Shown here piece after piece: positions 37,601 through 38,057 of a DNA stretch of 38,057 nucleotides. The translations under genes were made by a program, and so were the position numbers. Below the pieces are notes generated by a model. That model worked only from the letters and a program-made list of their open reading frames with translations. It did no database searches and was not told where the DNA came from. The DNA is taken from the NCBI RefSeq assembly GCF_000315625.1, contig NW_005434560.1, forward strand, positions 57,978 through 96,034, written 5' to 3'. Positions within the stretch are counted from its first letter, which is position 1; each line of letters opens with the position of its first letter. This stretch comes from Guillardia theta CCMP2712. Taxonomy: Eukaryota > Protista > Cryptophyta.

Positions 37601-38057
37601 GCCGCTCAACGCGGTGGTGCTCTTCCCTGCTATCTTCAGCGGTGGGGACTGGCCGCGCTTCACCGAGTGCTCAGCGGTGGCTCTGGGGCATTCTTTGCTG
37701 TTGGGGTGCGGGAAGGGGATCCTGAACGTCGACAATGCCTTCGAGGCTTGGCACCGTGCGTCGTTCCTGTTCTATCACTCCTTCGTGAAAATCGCCACCT
37801 TTGGTCAGAGCCTGAGCCCCTCGAATCCCATCCTCCTGTACACCAGGCAGGCCGTCGTAGGCTCCACCGTCGCGGCAACCTACCTGACCAACGGTGCGCC
37901 TGCCTTCATGGCGAAATTGCTAGGATCTGTGAATTTTAACCGTCCATTTGCGGATATGTCCCGCGCGATGTTGTTCGGGCTGCCCTCCTGGATCCGGATT
38001 TTTGGGCGCGTGGTCCGGTTCTCCTCGACGAGCTTTCAGATGTTCCTTCGCTTCCTG
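34644..38057 (+). CDS. Very large membrane protein, 3-prime truncated by window (>1138 aa; absent from ORF track)
   Basis: Starts MYILLFVAGLVLVLVVERVV..., several TM segments, then a Cys-dotted domain. The track lists no stop-terminated ORF in this frame and the last bases read in frame (..QMFLRFL). TATTTAG 34588-34594. Confidence 0.88.
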   Translation, partial: MYILLFVAGLVLVLVVERVVHSVLSLVVDRSMRPTKRYASMSLVGTFFQNIFAYFFFAFNVLAMTVGFIARNLLWFGFLVLVMAVLSMVLDFAPGLVAEYVYVYNAGLGTYIHFFIVLPVQLVELLFSHVTALYNCIMWIVNGVFLSVLAPSFLADNVNVGWLPRFGTSFFKFSGEVVLSISSYLVNVMACATNPLGGVPRGGTGSFLILNATGSVECFEPGMINLDLITPAGSFRDMCLYIARFVVFSCPAANAVIDLLTFPLSDMNLYKGIHCIVNALLGLFVQLPFVTLHRCRFGATLPMLGVHQRILCAPDFRPAMDLSVAGARYLGRTVDNWLDSSLVILETLFTGSAPQCDPVPIPLSYSDDDSRALFGGNFRAVVGLTPGMYAVTDGISTEYNIFYKQVTREIAYRNWPFPVEPAYGIAAVKYGELPEGDVAGDLTTGMLGCECLDVPGVGAQITCAIVPYLSGSNMPSTTGSVASMIQDYLKSNSIQQAVNSSNATQRIPVTFSVPSSSQYATCKRLKIQVESLRWPATRVSATSTSPGAWNQMGAAAQVNILDVAREVRADAAIYVMPQCPFSAVPDPSCIPGFEGFSCYPFCVGLHLTGTINQGIVLYGANDWRDSVQYLLRDCGVGQGAVGSISPSALSLSPLAFGPPVRYTVPKGVVYNAAAQSAWDPATQSCVSSADVNSRVSVNLTTVYAFPPDQSEPTIREKFQPFVFASDVVLTAYQDGLGKWSVKVSRIFGEDALSFRLVDLPGLIPANDICLGSPSCEEPFQPSLIGIPYAYQDYPQLYNPSTTSQWAVFYATNPNPEVYEAYSRYCAGLPTKFGIVMDSSYGQVRVWKFNAFALDQSETSGAAVMTWTFEGFNRVQEVSNCGALYNMSVVRLEYINEYNVAVTVLQASMQSFDVVTRMPRPGFDGFDYVVYFINPTTNEGPSESMFSELVPQSLLSEGLLCPSQRRMPEVGSSLAEAWAGVLYFMRLPLNAVVLFPAIFSGGDWPRFTECSAVALGHSLLLGCGKGILNVDNAFEAWHRASFLFYHSFVKIATFGQSLSPSNPILLYTRQAVVGSTVAATYLTNGAPAFMAKLLGSVNFNRPFADMSRAMLFGLPSWIRIFGRVVRFSSTSFQMFLRFL

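Larger units (their letters stand above)
1931..38057. mobile_element. Probable endogenous large DNA virus region (mirusvirus-/NCLDV-like), continues past window end
   Basis: Very high coding density with intergenic gaps mostly <150 nt, apparently intronless orphan ORFs, eukaryotic promoter/polyA signals, FEN1-like nuclease, glycosyltransferase, giant Cys-rich and membrane proteins. No hallmark virion gene in window. Confidence 0.6.

Overview
Eukaryote-type DNA, not prokaryotic: Kozak-like starts, TATA-like boxes and AATAAA at gene ends. The first ~1.7 kb is a non-coding, purine-skewed, degenerate repeat/TE-like segment ending in a knot of palindromes (1669-1820). From ~1.93 kb to the end is a very compact, apparently intron-poor block of ~30 mostly orphan genes. 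Recognisable products: an XPG/FEN1-family nuclease, a GT-A glycosyltransferase, a Frag1/DRAM/Sfk1-like membrane protein, an acyltransferase-3-like membrane protein, a giant Cys-rich surface protein and a >1138-aa membrane protein running off the window. The layout best fits a large nuclear-replicating DNA virus integrated in a protist genome (mirusvirus-like or Nucleocytoviricota-like). No capsid, terminase or polymerase gene is recognisable here, so this assignment is inference. Most notable: (1) four adjacent co-oriented coiled-coil genes (59, 1254, 300, 79 aa; the 59-aa one is missing from the ORF track) share a C-terminal heptad + HGF[IV]R cap; (2) a ~100-bp inverted repeat with (AAACCGTT)n iterons encloses an AT-rich core in an origin-like layout, with another arm copy 20 kb away next to an assembly gap; (3) a recurrent ATTTA[A/G]/TATA box lies 20-50 nt upstream of most start codons; (4) a two-module protein carries cecropin/dermaseptin-like amphipathic helices; (5) three membrane-protein genes are split by single frameshifts.
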